DNA of 64,000 nt from an uncultured Chloroflexia bacterium (GTDB lineage: Bacteria > Chloroflexota > Limnocylindria > Limnocylindrales > CSP1-4): positions 192,001 through 256,000 of the forward strand of contig CAVVJT010000010.1 of assembly GCA_963748625.1 (NCBI GenBank), in the 5' to 3' direction. The notes beneath the pieces were generated by a model. That model was not told the DNA's origin and ran no database searches. It was given only the letters and a program-made list of their open reading frames with translations. The position numbers and the translations under genes were made by a program. Below, in pieces: positions 1-12,755 of this stretch (the first letter of the stretch is position 1; every line of letters begins with the position of its first letter).

Positions 1-963
1 GGCCGCGTAGACGGAGCCTGCGCCGGGTGCCGTCACGGCGAGCGCCGCGAGGTGCGCCTCCACCGTGCCGGCGTCCCCGCGCGTGGCCGGACCGGTGAGC
101 GCCCCCGCGACACCGAGCGCGCGGGCGTTGCCCACGGTCTGCTCCAGGAGCGGCAGGTACACCCGCAAGGCGCCCTCCTCGTCCAGGCCGGCAAGCGCGG
201 CCAGCTCGCGGATCGTGTCCAGCAGCGCGGTCACGCCGCCGGCCGCCAGCACGGCGGCCGCGTGGTAGGCCGTCTTCGACCCTGGGGCGAGCCTCACCGG
301 AACACCCCCCACCGCCTCGGCCATGTCAGCCAGGTGGGCCGCGATCTCGTCGTCGCCCTCAATCGCGATCGTGGCTCCGTGGAGCGCGGCGACGGCCCGC
401 TCGAGGTCCGCGAACGCGACCAGCGGATGGAACGCCCCGGCCTGGGTCCCCGCCGCGAGCGCAGGCTGCAGGACCTCCGGGCCGAGGAGCCCCGAGGTGT
501 GGACAATCGCCTGCCCCGAGTACAGGCGCAGGCTCGCCGCAAGCGGCGCGACCGCATCGTCGGGCACGGCCAGCACGATCAGCTCGACATCATCCACGAG
601 TGCCGAGGCCTCGGCGAACCCGCGGGCCCCGGGCACGAGGGACCGGAACCGTTCCCGTCGTCCGGCATCCCGGGATGCGACCGCCCCGATGGGCCAGCCT
701 GCACGGTGCAGAGCGACACCCAGCGCCGTGCCCACGTGACCCGCCCCCACGATGCCGGTGACCGGGCGCTCGTCACGATCGCCGTGGGCATCGGGTTCCT
801 CGCCGGCCGCATCGGCGGGTCGGCCGGCCAGGCCCGCGGGGGTGCGCGCCGGGTCCAGGTCGATGCCCTGCGCCTCGATCTCCGCGAGACGGGCTGCGTC
901 CTCGCCCGCGCGCTCCTCGGCGCGCAGGCGCAGCGCTGCATCGGCCTTGTCCCAGGCTCTCAC
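1..963 (-). CDS. Rossmann-like / DUF2520 domain protein (3' end outside window)
   Basis: Manual translation from GTG at 963 gives VTGIVGAGHVGTAL (GxGxxG) and LTGPATRGDAGTVEAHL, typical of DUF2520; runs off the left edge. Confidence 0.85.
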   Translation of the reverse strand, partial: MRAWDKADAALRLRAEERAGEDAARLAEIEAQGIDLDPARTPAGLAGRPADAAGEEPDAHGDRDERPVTGIVGAGHVGTALGVALHRAGWPIGAVASRDAGRRERFRSLVPGARGFAEASALVDDVELIVLAVPDDAVAPLAASLRLYSGQAIVHTSGLLGPEVLQPALAAGTQAGAFHPLVAFADLERAVAALHGATIAIEGDDEIAAHLADMAEAVGGVPVRLAPGSKTAYHAAAVLAAGGVTALLDTIRELAALAGLDEEGALRVYLPLLEQTVGNARALGVAGALTGPATRGDAGTVEAHLAALAVTAPGAGSVYAA

Positions 964-1078
964 GGGTTCGGCCGGACTACCGGCCGCTGGTGCGCGGGGT
1001 ATGCTTCCACTCGACGAGTGTAGCGAGCGGTTCGAGGGCGCACCCTCATCGCCCGGTCCCCAGCAGCGGAGATTCGGC

Positions 1079-3754
<2,676 letters not shown>

Positions 3755-3769
3755 CCGGGAGACGTTTCG

Positions 3770-4330
3770 ATGGCAGACGGTGCCGCGCTTCCCCTCGACG
3801 GGATGCGCGTCGTGATCTTCGCGGCCGAGGGGGTCGAGGACCTCGAGTACTGGGTCTCGGTGATGCGGCTACGCGAGGCCGGTGCGACGGTGGCCAGCGC
3901 AGGTGTGTCGCTTGCGCCCGTCCGCGGCAAGAACGCGCTCATGGTCACCCCCGACGTGCTGGTGCGGGACCTGGATCCCGCCGACGTGGACGGCCTCGTG
4001 CTGCCGGGCGGCTGGCTGCCCGACAAGCTGCGCCGATACCGGGAGGTCACCGACCTCATCCGCGCGGTCCACGACGCCGGCAAGCCGATCGGGATCATCT
4101 GCCATGGCGGCTCGCTCGCCATCTCGGCGGGGATCGTCGGCCCCGGCCGGCCGGTCACGGGCTCGCTGGGGATCAAGGATGATCTCGAGAACGCGGGCGG
4201 TCGCTGGGTGGACGAGCCCGCCTTCCGGGACGGCAACCTCGCGTGGGGCCGTGTCGTCGAGGACATCCCGGCGTTCGAGCGGGAGATGGTGGCGCTGTTC
4301 GCCGACCATCACGGGCAGCGCTCCGGCTGA
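3770..4330 (+). CDS. PfpI/DJ-1 family (type 1 glutamine amidotransferase-like) protein
   Basis: EDLEY, LVLPGG, ICHG nucleophile elbow. Confidence 0.9.
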   Translation: MADGAALPLDGMRVVIFAAEGVEDLEYWVSVMRLREAGATVASAGVSLAPVRGKNALMVTPDVLVRDLDPADVDGLVLPGGWLPDKLRRYREVTDLIRAVHDAGKPIGIICHGGSLAISAGIVGPGRPVTGSLGIKDDLENAGGRWVDEPAFRDGNLAWGRVVEDIPAFEREMVALFADHHGQRSG

Positions 4331-4336
4331 CGTACC

Positions 4337-4384
4337 CGCTCCCAGGACGACGCACGCGCTCCCAGGACGACGCACGCGCTCCCA
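4337..4384. repeat. 20-bp tandem repeat (2.4 copies)
   Basis: CGCTCCCAGGACGACGCACG twice plus CGCTCCCA, intergenic between convergent genes. Confidence 0.9.
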
Positions 4385-4506
4385 ACCGGGGCCCGGACAA
4401 GGACGCGCCCCGCGGGACGGGGAGGAGTGCCGTTCCGCGGGGCTCGCTTGGCTCGGTCATGGGACGCGGGACCCTGGGTGTGTGTGACGCCCCGCGCGGG
4501 CAGTTT

Positions 4507-5697
4507 CTACACGCCCGCCGGCCGACGGCGGTCATGGTCGGCGAGACCCGCGCCCACCACGATCGCGGCCGCCCCCGCGAGGCCGATCAGGCCGGCGCCC
4601 GCCATCGCCAGGGCCAGGCCGGCCGTGTCCGAGATGGCACCCATGAGTGGCGGGTAGACCAATGAGCCCACGATGCCGGCGGTTGCAAGCACCGATGCGA
4701 CCACGTTGGTCCGGTCCGGATAGCGCATGCCGCCGATGGCCATGATCATCGGGTAGACCGGTCCTGCCGCGAACCCCGCGACCGCGAAGCAGGCGACCGC
4801 GAGACCGATGCCGGGCGCGACCAGCGCGGCGAGCACCGCCAGCCCCGACACGGCACACCACGAGGCGGCGAACCGGACGGCGCCCATGCGGTCCGCGATG
4901 AACGAGGACAGCAGCCGTCCAAGTGCCATGCCGCCCCAGTACAGCGAGAGGGCCAGGGTGGCAAGCCCCAGCGATGCCTGGTCCAGGTGGCGCACGACCC
5001 AGCTTGTGACGCCCGCCTCCATGGCGACATAGCACGCGATGGCCACCGAGAGCAGCAGCAGCGGGGCCGGCATGCCCGCGCGCCGCCCGCGCGCCTGGCC
5101 CGCCGGCCGGACCCCGCCCGGTGGCGGCATCGCACGCGTGCCCAGGACGATCGAGACCGGCGCGATGAAGAGGGCGATACCGACCACCACCGTCTGCCAC
5201 GGCACGCCCGCCCCCACGATCTGGCCGATCACGAGCGGCCCGGTCATCCCGCCGACGGACACCCACAGGTGCAGCCGGTTGAGGGCGCCCGCCTCGCGGC
5301 CGCGGAACAGGTCCATGAACAGCGCGTTGACGCCCGAGTCTGCGACACCGAGCCCGCAGCCCATCGCGAGGAAGCCTGCGACGAACAGCGCTGTCGAGCC
5401 GCCGAGGGCCATCGCGAGCATGCCCAGCGCCACGAGCGCCACGCCTGCGCCGAGGAGCAGGTGGCGGTCAAGGTGACGGACCAGCACGCCCACGGCAGTC
5501 GTTCCGGCAATCCACGCGACGCTGAAGGCGAGGTAGACCGCGCCCATCGCGGCGTCCGTGAGTCCGTAGGTCGCCTCGACCTGGCGGATCAGGGTGGGGA
5601 CGAGCAGCATGCCAACCCCGAGGGCGAAGAAGGTCGCGTACCCGGTCCAGACGACGTCGCGCGCCGGCAGGGCGGCGGACGGGCCGCTTGGGCTCAT
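4507..5697 (-). CDS. MFS transporter
   Basis: About 12 hydrophobic segments, GRLLSSFIADRMG loop motif. Confidence 0.9.
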   Translation of the reverse strand: MSPSGPSAALPARDVVWTGYATFFALGVGMLLVPTLIRQVEATYGLTDAAMGAVYLAFSVAWIAGTTAVGVLVRHLDRHLLLGAGVALVALGMLAMALGGSTALFVAGFLAMGCGLGVADSGVNALFMDLFRGREAGALNRLHLWVSVGGMTGPLVIGQIVGAGVPWQTVVVGIALFIAPVSIVLGTRAMPPPGGVRPAGQARGRRAGMPAPLLLLSVAIACYVAMEAGVTSWVVRHLDQASLGLATLALSLYWGGMALGRLLSSFIADRMGAVRFAASWCAVSGLAVLAALVAPGIGLAVACFAVAGFAAGPVYPMIMAIGGMRYPDRTNVVASVLATAGIVGSLVYPPLMGAISDTAGLALAMAGAGLIGLAGAAAIVVGAGLADHDRRRPAGV

Positions 5698-5831
5698 GGG
5701 GCAGGACTCTCCGGCGACCGGGGCGGATGGAACGTGGCAAGCCTAGCGCGACCGTCCGTGACGGCGTGGCGGTCGGCCGCATCACCCCATCCGGATGGAC
5801 GCAGGGCGCGACGGCGCGTCATCATCGTCAC

Positions 5832-7679
5832 ATGGCCACGAGCGAGGAGACCGACAAGACGAGCGCTGCTGCCGGACCCGGGTCGGATGTGTCCGACCCG
5901 GACGGGTCGAGCGCGCCTGACTCGGACGGGTCGGGGGGGCCCAGGCTGCCGCCGGAACGGCCCCCTGTCGACGTGCGAGCCCTGCTTGCCCACTTCGTCC
6001 CGATCACCTCCTGGCTGCCCGCCTACCCGCGCGAGTGGCTGCGGCCGGACATGATCGCTGCAGCCACCTCCTGGGGTGTCATGGTCCCGGTCGCGCTGGC
6101 CTACGCTGGCCTCGCCGGCGTGCCCCCGGAGCTGGGCCTGGTGACGGCCTTCGCGGCACTCGCCGCCTACGCGGTCTTCGGCACCAGCCGTCACCTCAAG
6201 GTCACCGTCAGCTCCACGATGGCGATCATGTCGGCGTCGGTCGTGGCCGACATCGCAACCGGCGACCCGACCAGCTACGTGGCCCTCACGTCTGCGCTGG
6301 CATTGATGGTGGGGGCGATGCTCCTCGCCGCCGGGATCGCCAAGCTCGGCTTCATCTCGGACTTCCTTGCCAAGTCGGTCGTGACCGGGTTCATCCTCGG
6401 CCTGGCGATCACGATCATCATCGGCCAGATCCCCAAGATCCTCGGCATCCCGGGCCTCACCGGCACCCTCCCAGAGCAGCTGCTCCAGCTGGTCTCGTCG
6501 GTCTCGCAGGCGAACCCCGCGACGGTCGCCGTGGGCGTGACCGCCCTGGTCCTGATCCTGATCCTGCGCAGGATCTCCCGCAAGATCCCCGGGCCGCTCA
6601 TCGCCCTGGTGCTGGGCATCGTCGCCGTCAAGGCCCTCGGGCTCGAGGCGTACGGCGTGAGCGTGGTAGGCGAGGTGGCCACGGGGATGCCCCTGCCATC
6701 CATCCCCGCGATTCCCCTCACCGCCATCCCGGTGCTGGCCCTCGGAGCGATTGGAATCGTGTTCCTCGCGGTCGGCGAGTCCGTCGGGGCGGGTCGTGCC
6801 TACGCCGCTCGCTACCGGTACCCGATCGACGCTGACCAGGAGATGGTCGCCCTCGGCACGGCAAATCTCGCGTCCGGGCTGTTCGGCGGGTTCACGACCG
6901 ATGCCTCCCTGTCCCAGACGGCGACCGCGGATTCGGCCGGGGCGAAATCCCAGCTCTCGTCGCTGATCACGTCGGGGCTGGTGCTCGCCACGGCCCTCGT
7001 GCTGGCGCCGCTGTTCGCCGACCTGCCCAACGCCGTCCTGGGCGCGATCGTGATCGCCGCGGTGCTGGGCCTCATGGACATCGCGGAGATGCGCCGCTAC
7101 TGGGCGTGGCGCCGCACGGACTTCCTGATCGCCCTCACGGCCATGATCGGGGTGCTGCTGACGACGGTCCTCGCCGGGATGGTGATTGCGGTGATCCTCT
7201 CGGTCGCCTTCGTGCTGTACCGCGCCAGCCGTCCGTACATCGCGGCGCTGGGGCGCATGCCGGGCCAGCGCAGCACGTACGGCGATCTCTCACGCCACCC
7301 GGACGCCACGCCGGTCGAGGGCCTCGTGATCGTCCGCATCGACGCGCCGCTGTACTTCTTCAACGCGAATGTCGCGCAGGCCCAGATCATGGAGCTCATC
7401 TCCGCAACCATCCCGCCCCCGCGGGCCGTGCTGCTGGACCTGGGCGCGACCGCCGACCTCGACGTCACCACCGGGGACATGCTGGCCGTGCTCCTCGACG
7501 ACCTCCAGGTGCACGGAGTCGAGCTCCTGCTCGCCCAGGTCAAGGGTCCCGTTCGGGACCGGCTGCACCGCACCGGCCTGATGGCCCGCATCGGCGAGGA
7601 GAACGTCTACCTCTCCATCCCGGCCGGCGTGGCAGCGTACCGTGCCGCCCATCCCGACGACGCGACCGACGGGCTATAG
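5832..7679 (+). CDS. SulP family anion transporter with STAS domain
   Basis: PVALAYAGLAGVPPELGL, FGTSRHL, C-terminal APLYFFNA / DVTT STAS region; start placed at ATG 5832. Confidence 0.93.
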   Translation: MATSEETDKTSAAAGPGSDVSDPDGSSAPDSDGSGGPRLPPERPPVDVRALLAHFVPITSWLPAYPREWLRPDMIAAATSWGVMVPVALAYAGLAGVPPELGLVTAFAALAAYAVFGTSRHLKVTVSSTMAIMSASVVADIATGDPTSYVALTSALALMVGAMLLAAGIAKLGFISDFLAKSVVTGFILGLAITIIIGQIPKILGIPGLTGTLPEQLLQLVSSVSQANPATVAVGVTALVLILILRRISRKIPGPLIALVLGIVAVKALGLEAYGVSVVGEVATGMPLPSIPAIPLTAIPVLALGAIGIVFLAVGESVGAGRAYAARYRYPIDADQEMVALGTANLASGLFGGFTTDASLSQTATADSAGAKSQLSSLITSGLVLATALVLAPLFADLPNAVLGAIVIAAVLGLMDIAEMRRYWAWRRTDFLIALTAMIGVLLTTVLAGMVIAVILSVAFVLYRASRPYIAALGRMPGQRSTYGDLSRHPDATPVEGLVIVRIDAPLYFFNANVAQAQIMELISATIPPPRAVLLDLGATADLDVTTGDMLAVLLDDLQVHGVELLLAQVKGPVRDRLHRTGLMARIGEENVYLSIPAGVAAYRAAHPDDATDGL

Positions 7680-7680
7680 C

Positions 7681-7710
7681 AAAGGGGCGGGAGCCGAAGC
7701 CGCCGCCCCT
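7681..7710 (-). terminator. Intrinsic terminator downstream of tRNA-Val (possibly bidirectional)
   Basis: AGGGGCGG...CCGCCCCT stem followed by TTT on the minus strand. Confidence 0.65.
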
Positions 7711-7723
7711 GGTGCGATCGAGG

Positions 7724-7800
<77 letters not shown>

Positions 7801-7894
7801 GGAATCCCCGAAGGGAGCAGCATTCTACCCTGCTCCGCACGATCCCGGCGCGGCCATGTTCAGGCACGTCGCCAGCCGGTGGTGAGGCCTCCGG

Positions 7895-8167
7895 TCAGCC
7901 GCCGAGACCCGGCCAGCGCTCGGCTGGCAGCCCCGGCTCCACGCCGTCCACCTTGATCACCTTCGTGCGGCCGGTGTCGCCGGCCACGATCGTGACGGCT
8001 CGCCTGGCCACGCCGAGCTCGCCCGCCAGCAGCCCCACCAGGGCCTTGTTCGCGGCCCCCTCCACGGGGGCTGCCGCGACGCGGACCCGGAGGACGCCGT
8101 CCGTCACGCCGTCAACGTGGTCCCGTCCGCCGCGCGGCGTCAACCGGACCATGAAGCGCGCGGCCAT
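7895..8167 (-). CDS. DUF167 / YggU family protein
   Basis: VRVAAAPVEGAANKAL, GDTGRTK. Confidence 0.88.
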   Translation of the reverse strand: MAARFMVRLTPRGGRDHVDGVTDGVLRVRVAAAPVEGAANKALVGLLAGELGVARRAVTIVAGDTGRTKVIKVDGVEPGLPAERWPGLGG

Positions 8168-8172
8168 CCCGC

Positions 8173-8421
8173 TCAGCGCAGGAGGGCGCGCCAGACCACG
8201 CCCAGCACGACGAGCACCAGGAGGGTCGAGAAGTCGAACATGCCGTTCGACGGCAGGAAGCGCCGTACCGGGGCCAGGAGCGGCTCGGTGAGGGCGATGA
8301 TCATCTGCGAGGCACGCGAGCCGCCGCGCGGATCCACCCACGAGAGCATGATCCGGGCGAAGACGAGCAGCCAGAGCAACGCGATGAAGATGCCTGCAAA
8401 GGTCTGCGCGAACGTGCCCAC
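8173..8421 (-). CDS. yggT: YggT family membrane protein
   Basis: LSWV, TEPLLAPVRRFLP, DFS motifs. Confidence 0.9.
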   Translation of the reverse strand: MGTFAQTFAGIFIALLWLLVFARIMLSWVDPRGGSRASQMIIALTEPLLAPVRRFLPSNGMFDFSTLLVLVVLGVVWRALLR

Positions 8422-8464
8422 GGCGGGAGTCTAGCAGCGGCGCCCGGATCGTCAGGGGCGTTGG

Positions 8465-9220
8465 TCAGGCTGGGTCTTCGAGGGCCGGTCGCGAGCCGAA
8501 GATCGCCCGCCCGACCCGCACGATGGTGGCGCCCTCCTCAACGGCGACCTCGAAGTCGTCGGTCATGCCCATCGAGAGGGCGGCGCCGAGCGTCGGGTGG
8601 TCCGTCCGCAGGTCCGCCGCCAGCTCGCGCAGCGCGCGGAAGGCGGGCCTCGCCTCCTCTGCCGTGGGGACCAGGCGGCCGATCGTCATCAGCCCGTCAA
8701 TGCGGAGCGCATGCATCGCGAGCAGCTCCGGGAGCATCATGCGCACGCTGGCAGCGTCGAACCCGGCCTTGGCAGGGTCATCGGCAACGTTGACCTGGAG
8801 GAGGACCGGCAGCGGCCGGCCTGGCCGCACCTCTGCTGCGATCCGGTCCAGGCGCCGCGCGAGATCCAGCAAATCGACGGCCTGGATGACGTCGAACAGC
8901 TCGACCGCCCGCCGGGCCTTGTTCGCCTGGAGTGGGCCGATCAGGTGCCACGCGGCGCCAGTCACCGTCGGGATCTTGGCGGCGCCCTCCTGGACCCGGT
9001 TCTCACCCAGGACCGTCAGGCCGGCGGCCACCGCCTGCCGGATGCGCAACGCCTCAACGGTCTTGCTCACGGCGACCAGCGTCACCGCGTCAGGATCCCG
9101 GCCCGCCCTGGTCGCAGCGCGGGCGATCCGGTCCACGATCGCCGCCCGGACACATGCGAACGCCTCGACCGCGGCTGGATCGAGGCGTTCATCAAGCATC
9201 GGGGCGGACCCGCCGGACAC
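8465..9220 (-). CDS. yggS: YggS family PLP homeostasis protein
   Basis: VAVSKT, GENRVQE, HLIGPLQANK, LSMGMTDDF, VRVGRAIFG; start may be ATG 9199. Confidence 0.95.
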   Translation of the reverse strand: MSGGSAPMLDERLDPAAVEAFACVRAAIVDRIARAATRAGRDPDAVTLVAVSKTVEALRIRQAVAAGLTVLGENRVQEGAAKIPTVTGAAWHLIGPLQANKARRAVELFDVIQAVDLLDLARRLDRIAAEVRPGRPLPVLLQVNVADDPAKAGFDAASVRMMLPELLAMHALRIDGLMTIGRLVPTAEEARPAFRALRELAADLRTDHPTLGAALSMGMTDDFEVAVEEGATIVRVGRAIFGSRPALEDPA

Positions 9221-9232
9221 GCGGGATCGGGT

Positions 9233-10468
9233 CTACTTGTTGCGGCGCAGGAAGCTCGGGATCTCGAGATTGTCCGCGTCGTAGTCGCCAGCCTTGCGTT
9301 GAGCGGGCGCGGGCGCGGGCGTCGCGGAACGCGGCGCGGGCGCGGCGACCGGCTCGTCAAGACCGCGGGCCATCGGCACATCCTCCATCGGGACCTGGCG
9401 GCGCTCCGCCTCCAGCGTGTCGATGAAGCTGCGGCTCGCTGCGGCGACCGGCGTGCTGCGGACGGACGAGGCACCACGATCGCGCTCGGCCGAGGTGGAA
9501 CGTGCGTCGACCCGGCGGCGGCCGTCGAAGCCGGTGGCGATGACCGTGATCATCACCTCTTCGCCGAGGCGCTCGTTGAAGCTGGTGCCGAAGATGATGT
9601 TCGCCTCCGGGTCTGCGGCCGCCCGGATCTCCTCGGCGGCCTCGGTCACCTCCCAGAGGGTGAGGTTCTGCGAGCCCGTGATGTTGAACAGGATGCCCTG
9701 CGCGCCCGAGATGTTGATCTCGAGGAGCGGGCTGGCGATGGCCTGGCGTGCCGCTTCGAGGGCACGGTTCTCGCCGGTGGCGCGACCGATGCCCATGAGC
9801 GCCGATCCCGCGTCCTTCATGATCGTGCGGACGTCGGCGAAGTCGAGGTTGATCAGGCCCGGGACCGTGATGATGTCGCTGATGCCCGCGACGCCCTGGC
9901 GCAGCACGTCATCGACCACGCGGAACGCATCCACGATGGTGGCGTTCTTGGGGACCACATCCTTGAGGCGGTCGTTGGGGATCGTGATCAGCGTGTCGAC
10001 CTTGGCCTTGAGCTCCTCAGCGGCCTTCTCCGCGATGAGCTTGCGCCGCTGGCCCTCGAAGCTGAAGGGCTTGGTCACGACACCGATGGTCAGCGCGCCG
10101 GACTCCTTGGCGATCTCGGCAACGACCGGGGCCGCGCCCGAGCCGGTGCCGCCGCCGAGGCCCGCGGTGATGAAGACCATGTCCAATTCCGCGAGGGCAT
10201 CGGAGATCTTGTCCCGGTCCTCCTCGGCAGCGCGCTGGCCCACCGTCGCGTCACCGCCCGCGCCGAGGCCACGGGTGACCTTGTCGCCGATGCGGATCTT
10301 GTGCGGGGCATCCGACTGCAGCAGTGCCTGGGCGTCCGTGTTGCAGGCGATGAACTCGACGCCCATCATCTCGGCCCGGATCATCCGGTTGACGGCGTTG
10401 CTGCCGCCGCCGCCCACGCCGATGACGCGGATCAGGGCGAAGTTCTCGGAGTCGGAACGCAGCGGCAT
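9233..10468 (-). CDS. ftsZ: Cell division protein FtsZ
   Basis: [17 protein letters not shown] tubulin signature, NLDFADV, C-terminal LEIPSFLRR; AAGGAG RBS. Confidence 0.98.
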   Translation of the reverse strand: MPLRSDSENFALIRVIGVGGGGSNAVNRMIRAEMMGVEFIACNTDAQALLQSDAPHKIRIGDKVTRGLGAGGDATVGQRAAEEDRDKISDALAELDMVFITAGLGGGTGSGAAPVVAEIAKESGALTIGVVTKPFSFEGQRRKLIAEKAAEELKAKVDTLITIPNDRLKDVVPKNATIVDAFRVVDDVLRQGVAGISDIITVPGLINLDFADVRTIMKDAGSALMGIGRATGENRALEAARQAIASPLLEINISGAQGILFNITGSQNLTLWEVTEAAEEIRAAADPEANIIFGTSFNERLGEEVMITVIATGFDGRRRVDARSTSAERDRGASSVRSTPVAAASRSFIDTLEAERRQVPMEDVPMARGLDEPVAAPAPRSATPAPAPAQRKAGDYDADNLEIPSFLRRNK

Positions 10469-10665
10469 CGACGCTCTCCTTGGATGCGCTGGGGGGGAAT
10501 GGCGGTTGGATGCTGCCGGGTGCATCGCCGGGCCGGCACCCGGATGGAATTCGCGTGAAGCGGGTCCTGCAGTATGCCCCGTGCGGCTCGCACCCGTCCA
10601 CCCCGTTGCGCCCGGGCACCATTCGGGCATTCGCCCTATCGAGGCCAGCGACCCGGCTCGCCGGC

Positions 10666-11079
10666 TCAGCCGGCCAGGAATGACAGCCGCACCTTGCGGG
10701 TGGCGTTGTCCTCGTTGGGGTCCAGCAGCGTGATCGACTGCCAGGTGCCAAGGGTGAGCCGCCCGGCGATCACGGGGACGGACAGCGACGGTGATGCCAG
10801 CAGCGGCAGCACGTGATCCGCGCCGTGGCCGGGCGAGCCGTGGCGATGGCGCCAGCGGTCGTCGCGCGGCAGGAGGCGGTCGAGGGCCGCCATGGCGTCC
10901 TCCTCGGATCCCGCGTTGAGCTCGAGGACCACGACCCCCGCGGTCGCATGCGGGACGAAGACGTGCAGGAGGCCGTCCCCGCCCTTCGAGGCCTCGGCGG
11001 CGAAGCGGGCGCAGGCAGGCGTCAGGTCGGTGAAGCCGCGATCGCGGCCGGTGCGGACCTCGAGCTCGAGCGACAGCAC
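10666..11079 (-). CDS. yjbQ: YjbQ / UPF0047 family protein
   Basis: [27 protein letters not shown]; start placed at GTG 11079. Confidence 0.9.
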   Translation of the reverse strand: MLSLELEVRTGRDRGFTDLTPACARFAAEASKGGDGLLHVFVPHATAGVVVLELNAGSEEDAMAALDRLLPRDDRWRHRHGSPGHGADHVLPLLASPSLSVPVIAGRLTLGTWQSITLLDPNEDNATRKVRLSFLAG

Positions 11080-11101
11080 GGGACGGGTGGCGCCGGGCGG
11101 G

Positions 11102-12328
11102 CTACGGGAAGATCGAGCGGAGTGCGGAGCGGATGCGGCCGAGGCCGCCGCCACCGGGCTCGGTCTCGTACACCTGCTCGCCCTCCGCGATCGCCTGGGC
11201 GCCCCACCGGAGCAGGCCGATCGCCGTGGCATACGACGGATCCTGGATGGTGTCCACCAGGCCGCCGATGCCCTGCGGGCCACTCACCCGGACCGGGACC
11301 TGCAGCACCTCGCGTCCGAGCTCCGCGATGCCCGCCAGCTGGGACGCGCCGCCGGTGAGGATGATGCCCGCGGGCAGGATCCCCTTGCCGCTGCGCAGCA
11401 TCTCGCCCCGCAGCAGCTCGAAGGTCTCGCGCATCCGGGCGTCGATGATCTCGCACAGCTCCAGCCGGCTCACGGTACGGCCGGCGTCCTCGCCGAGACC
11501 CGCGACCGGGATCTCGTCGTCCACCACGCGTGAGAGGTCGCAGCTGCCGTAGCGGATCTTGAGCTCCTCGGCGGCCGCGGGGTGGGTGCGCACGCCGATG
11601 GCGATGTCGCTGGTGACGTTGTTGCCCCCGACCGGCAGGACGGCGGTGTGGTACGGCGAGCCCTCGTCGAACATGACGAGGTCGATCGTGCCGGCGCCGA
11701 TGTCGGCGACGGCGACCCCCTGCTCCTTCTCGACGTCCATCAGGACGGCCTCGGCCGAGGCGAGGCCGTTGACGACCAGCTCGTCGATCTTGACGCCGGC
11801 CTGCTGCACGCACTTGGTCAGGTTCTGGACCGCGGTGGCGGACGCCGTGACGATGTGCGCCTCCACCTCGAGGCGCAGGGCGCTCATGCCCAGCGGGTCC
11901 TTCACACCCTCCTGGCCGTCCACCGTGAAGCCCCGGCGCTCGACGTGGAGCACGTCCCGGTTGTTGGGGATGGAGACGGCGCGCGCGACCTCGATCGCGC
12001 GGTTGATGTCCTCGCGGGTGACCTCGCGGTGGTGCGCGGTCACGGCGACCTGGCCCGTGGAGTTCATGCTCTCCACCTGCTGGCCGCCGACGCCCACGAA
12101 GCCGCGGTCGATCTTCCAGCCGGACAGGCGCTCGCTGCGCTCGACGGCGTCCGCGATGGAGCGCACCGTCTGGTCGATGTTGACCACGACACCGCGCTTG
12201 AGCCCGGTCGTGGGCACCGTGCCGTGGCCCATGATCGTCAGGCGGCCGTCGCGGCTGACCTCGCCGATCAGTGCGCAGACCTTGGACGTGCCGACGTCGA
12301 TGCCGACCAGGACCGCTTCCCGTTCCAC
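11102..12328 (-). CDS. ftsA: Cell division protein FtsA
   Basis: DVGTSKV, DIGAGT, AEELK, LTGGASQL actin-like motifs. Confidence 0.97.
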   Translation of the reverse strand: MEREAVLVGIDVGTSKVCALIGEVSRDGRLTIMGHGTVPTTGLKRGVVVNIDQTVRSIADAVERSERLSGWKIDRGFVGVGGQQVESMNSTGQVAVTAHHREVTREDINRAIEVARAVSIPNNRDVLHVERRGFTVDGQEGVKDPLGMSALRLEVEAHIVTASATAVQNLTKCVQQAGVKIDELVVNGLASAEAVLMDVEKEQGVAVADIGAGTIDLVMFDEGSPYHTAVLPVGGNNVTSDIAIGVRTHPAAAEELKIRYGSCDLSRVVDDEIPVAGLGEDAGRTVSRLELCEIIDARMRETFELLRGEMLRSGKGILPAGIILTGGASQLAGIAELGREVLQVPVRVSGPQGIGGLVDTIQDPSYATAIGLLRWGAQAIAEGEQVYETEPGGGGLGRIRSALRSIFP

Positions 12329-12343
12329 CTGTGGTTCGTCCCC

Positions 12344-12667
12344 TTAGATGAAGTGGCGCCGGATGAGCGCGACGTTGTTGAAGATGCGGAAGCCGAAGTT
12401 GATGAGGGCCACCAGGTAGAGGTCGAGGCTCAGCCGGTCGCCGATGAAGACGAGGAGCACGGCCACGACCGCGTTGACGACGAAGCCGCTGATGAAGATC
12501 CGATTGTCGTAGACACCGTCGAGCTCCGCACGGACCGCTCCCAGGACCGAGTCGAGCGCCGCGAGGATCGCCACGGCCGAATATCGCGAGAGCTCGTAGC
12601 TGACGTTGACATTGAGGACGAGCCCGGCCAGCACACCGATGAGCAGTCCCACGAGGGGAAGGAGCAC
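12344..12667 (-). CDS. sbp: Small basic protein Sbp / DUF1290
   Basis: YSAVAILAALDSVLGAVRA, FGFRIFNNVALIRR. Confidence 0.9.
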   Translation of the reverse strand: MLLPLVGLLIGVLAGLVLNVNVSYELSRYSAVAILAALDSVLGAVRAELDGVYDNRIFISGFVVNAVVAVLLVFIGDRLSLDLYLVALINFGFRIFNNVALIRRHFI

Positions 12668-12755
12668 GTGTGAGCAGCCTCCGGCCGGATGAACGTCCCG
12701 GATACGCTACCAGACCCTCGCCCAGCAGGATCGGGCGACGGCGTCTGACGGGCGG

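Noticed and set aside
4337-4384. 20-bp tandem repeat as a mini-CRISPR
   Set aside because: Copies are directly adjacent with no spacers and there are no cas genes; a simple slippage duplication
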